Below the pieces are notes generated by a model. The model was not told the origin of the DNA and did no database searches. It saw only the letters and a program-made list of their open reading frames with translations. Shown here piece by piece: positions 63,801 to 64,000 of a stretch of DNA of 64,000 bases. Every line of letters starts with the position of its first letter. The stretch's first letter is position 1. The translations under genes and the position numbers were made by a program. Origin of the DNA: Basidiobolus meristosporus CBS 931.73. Its lineage: Eukaryota > Fungi > Basidiobolomycota. The DNA lies in the NCBI GenBank assembly GCA_002104905.1, contig MCFE01000144.1:1-64000 (forward strand). The letters run 5' to 3'.

Positions 63801-64000
63801 AAAATGGACTGGAACTTGGCACATGAGCTCCTGAGACTCCTCTAGTAGTGAATAAAAAGCTACATATTTGCAGTTTTCCAATAGGTACAAATACCGCATT
63901 GCAACTCAATAATTCAACAAGTCAATATGATGTAAATCTTCTAATTCTTCATTTTGTTTCCAATAAATCTCTCTAATGTTTCAGCAATCAATTCCTAAAT

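Overview
Eukaryotic, almost certainly fungal, genomic DNA with short GT-AG introns. An early-diverging lineage such as Basidiobolus is my inference, not proven. The window has three zones. (1) 1-11 kb: intronless detox/stress-type genes (GST C-terminus, frameshifted Hsp31/DJ-1, alpha/beta hydrolase, DUF4385), a decayed bacterial rhodanese-TusA gene fragment, and a Ty1/copia element with nested LTRs. (2) 11-32.1 kb: a dense block of intron-rich housekeeping genes (GPI-anchored protein, ABCG transporter, casein kinase I, JMJD7, auxin-efflux-family carrier, RasGAP, RPS2, NIP30/FAM192A-like, SSU72, CLU1). (3) 32.9-64 kb: CpG-depleted transposon debris with several copies of a two-ORF En/Spm (CACTA)-like family, copia fragments, two nested Ty3/gypsy elements, a MITE, repeat arrays and a LINE remnant. 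The most interesting points are the bacterial HGT fragment, a probable U12-type intron in CK1, the divergently arranged two-ORF CACTA family, direct evidence of CpG deamination between TE copies, and an 87-bp micro-inversion at a copia PPT/LTR junction. All homology calls come from motif recognition by eye; no database search was run.
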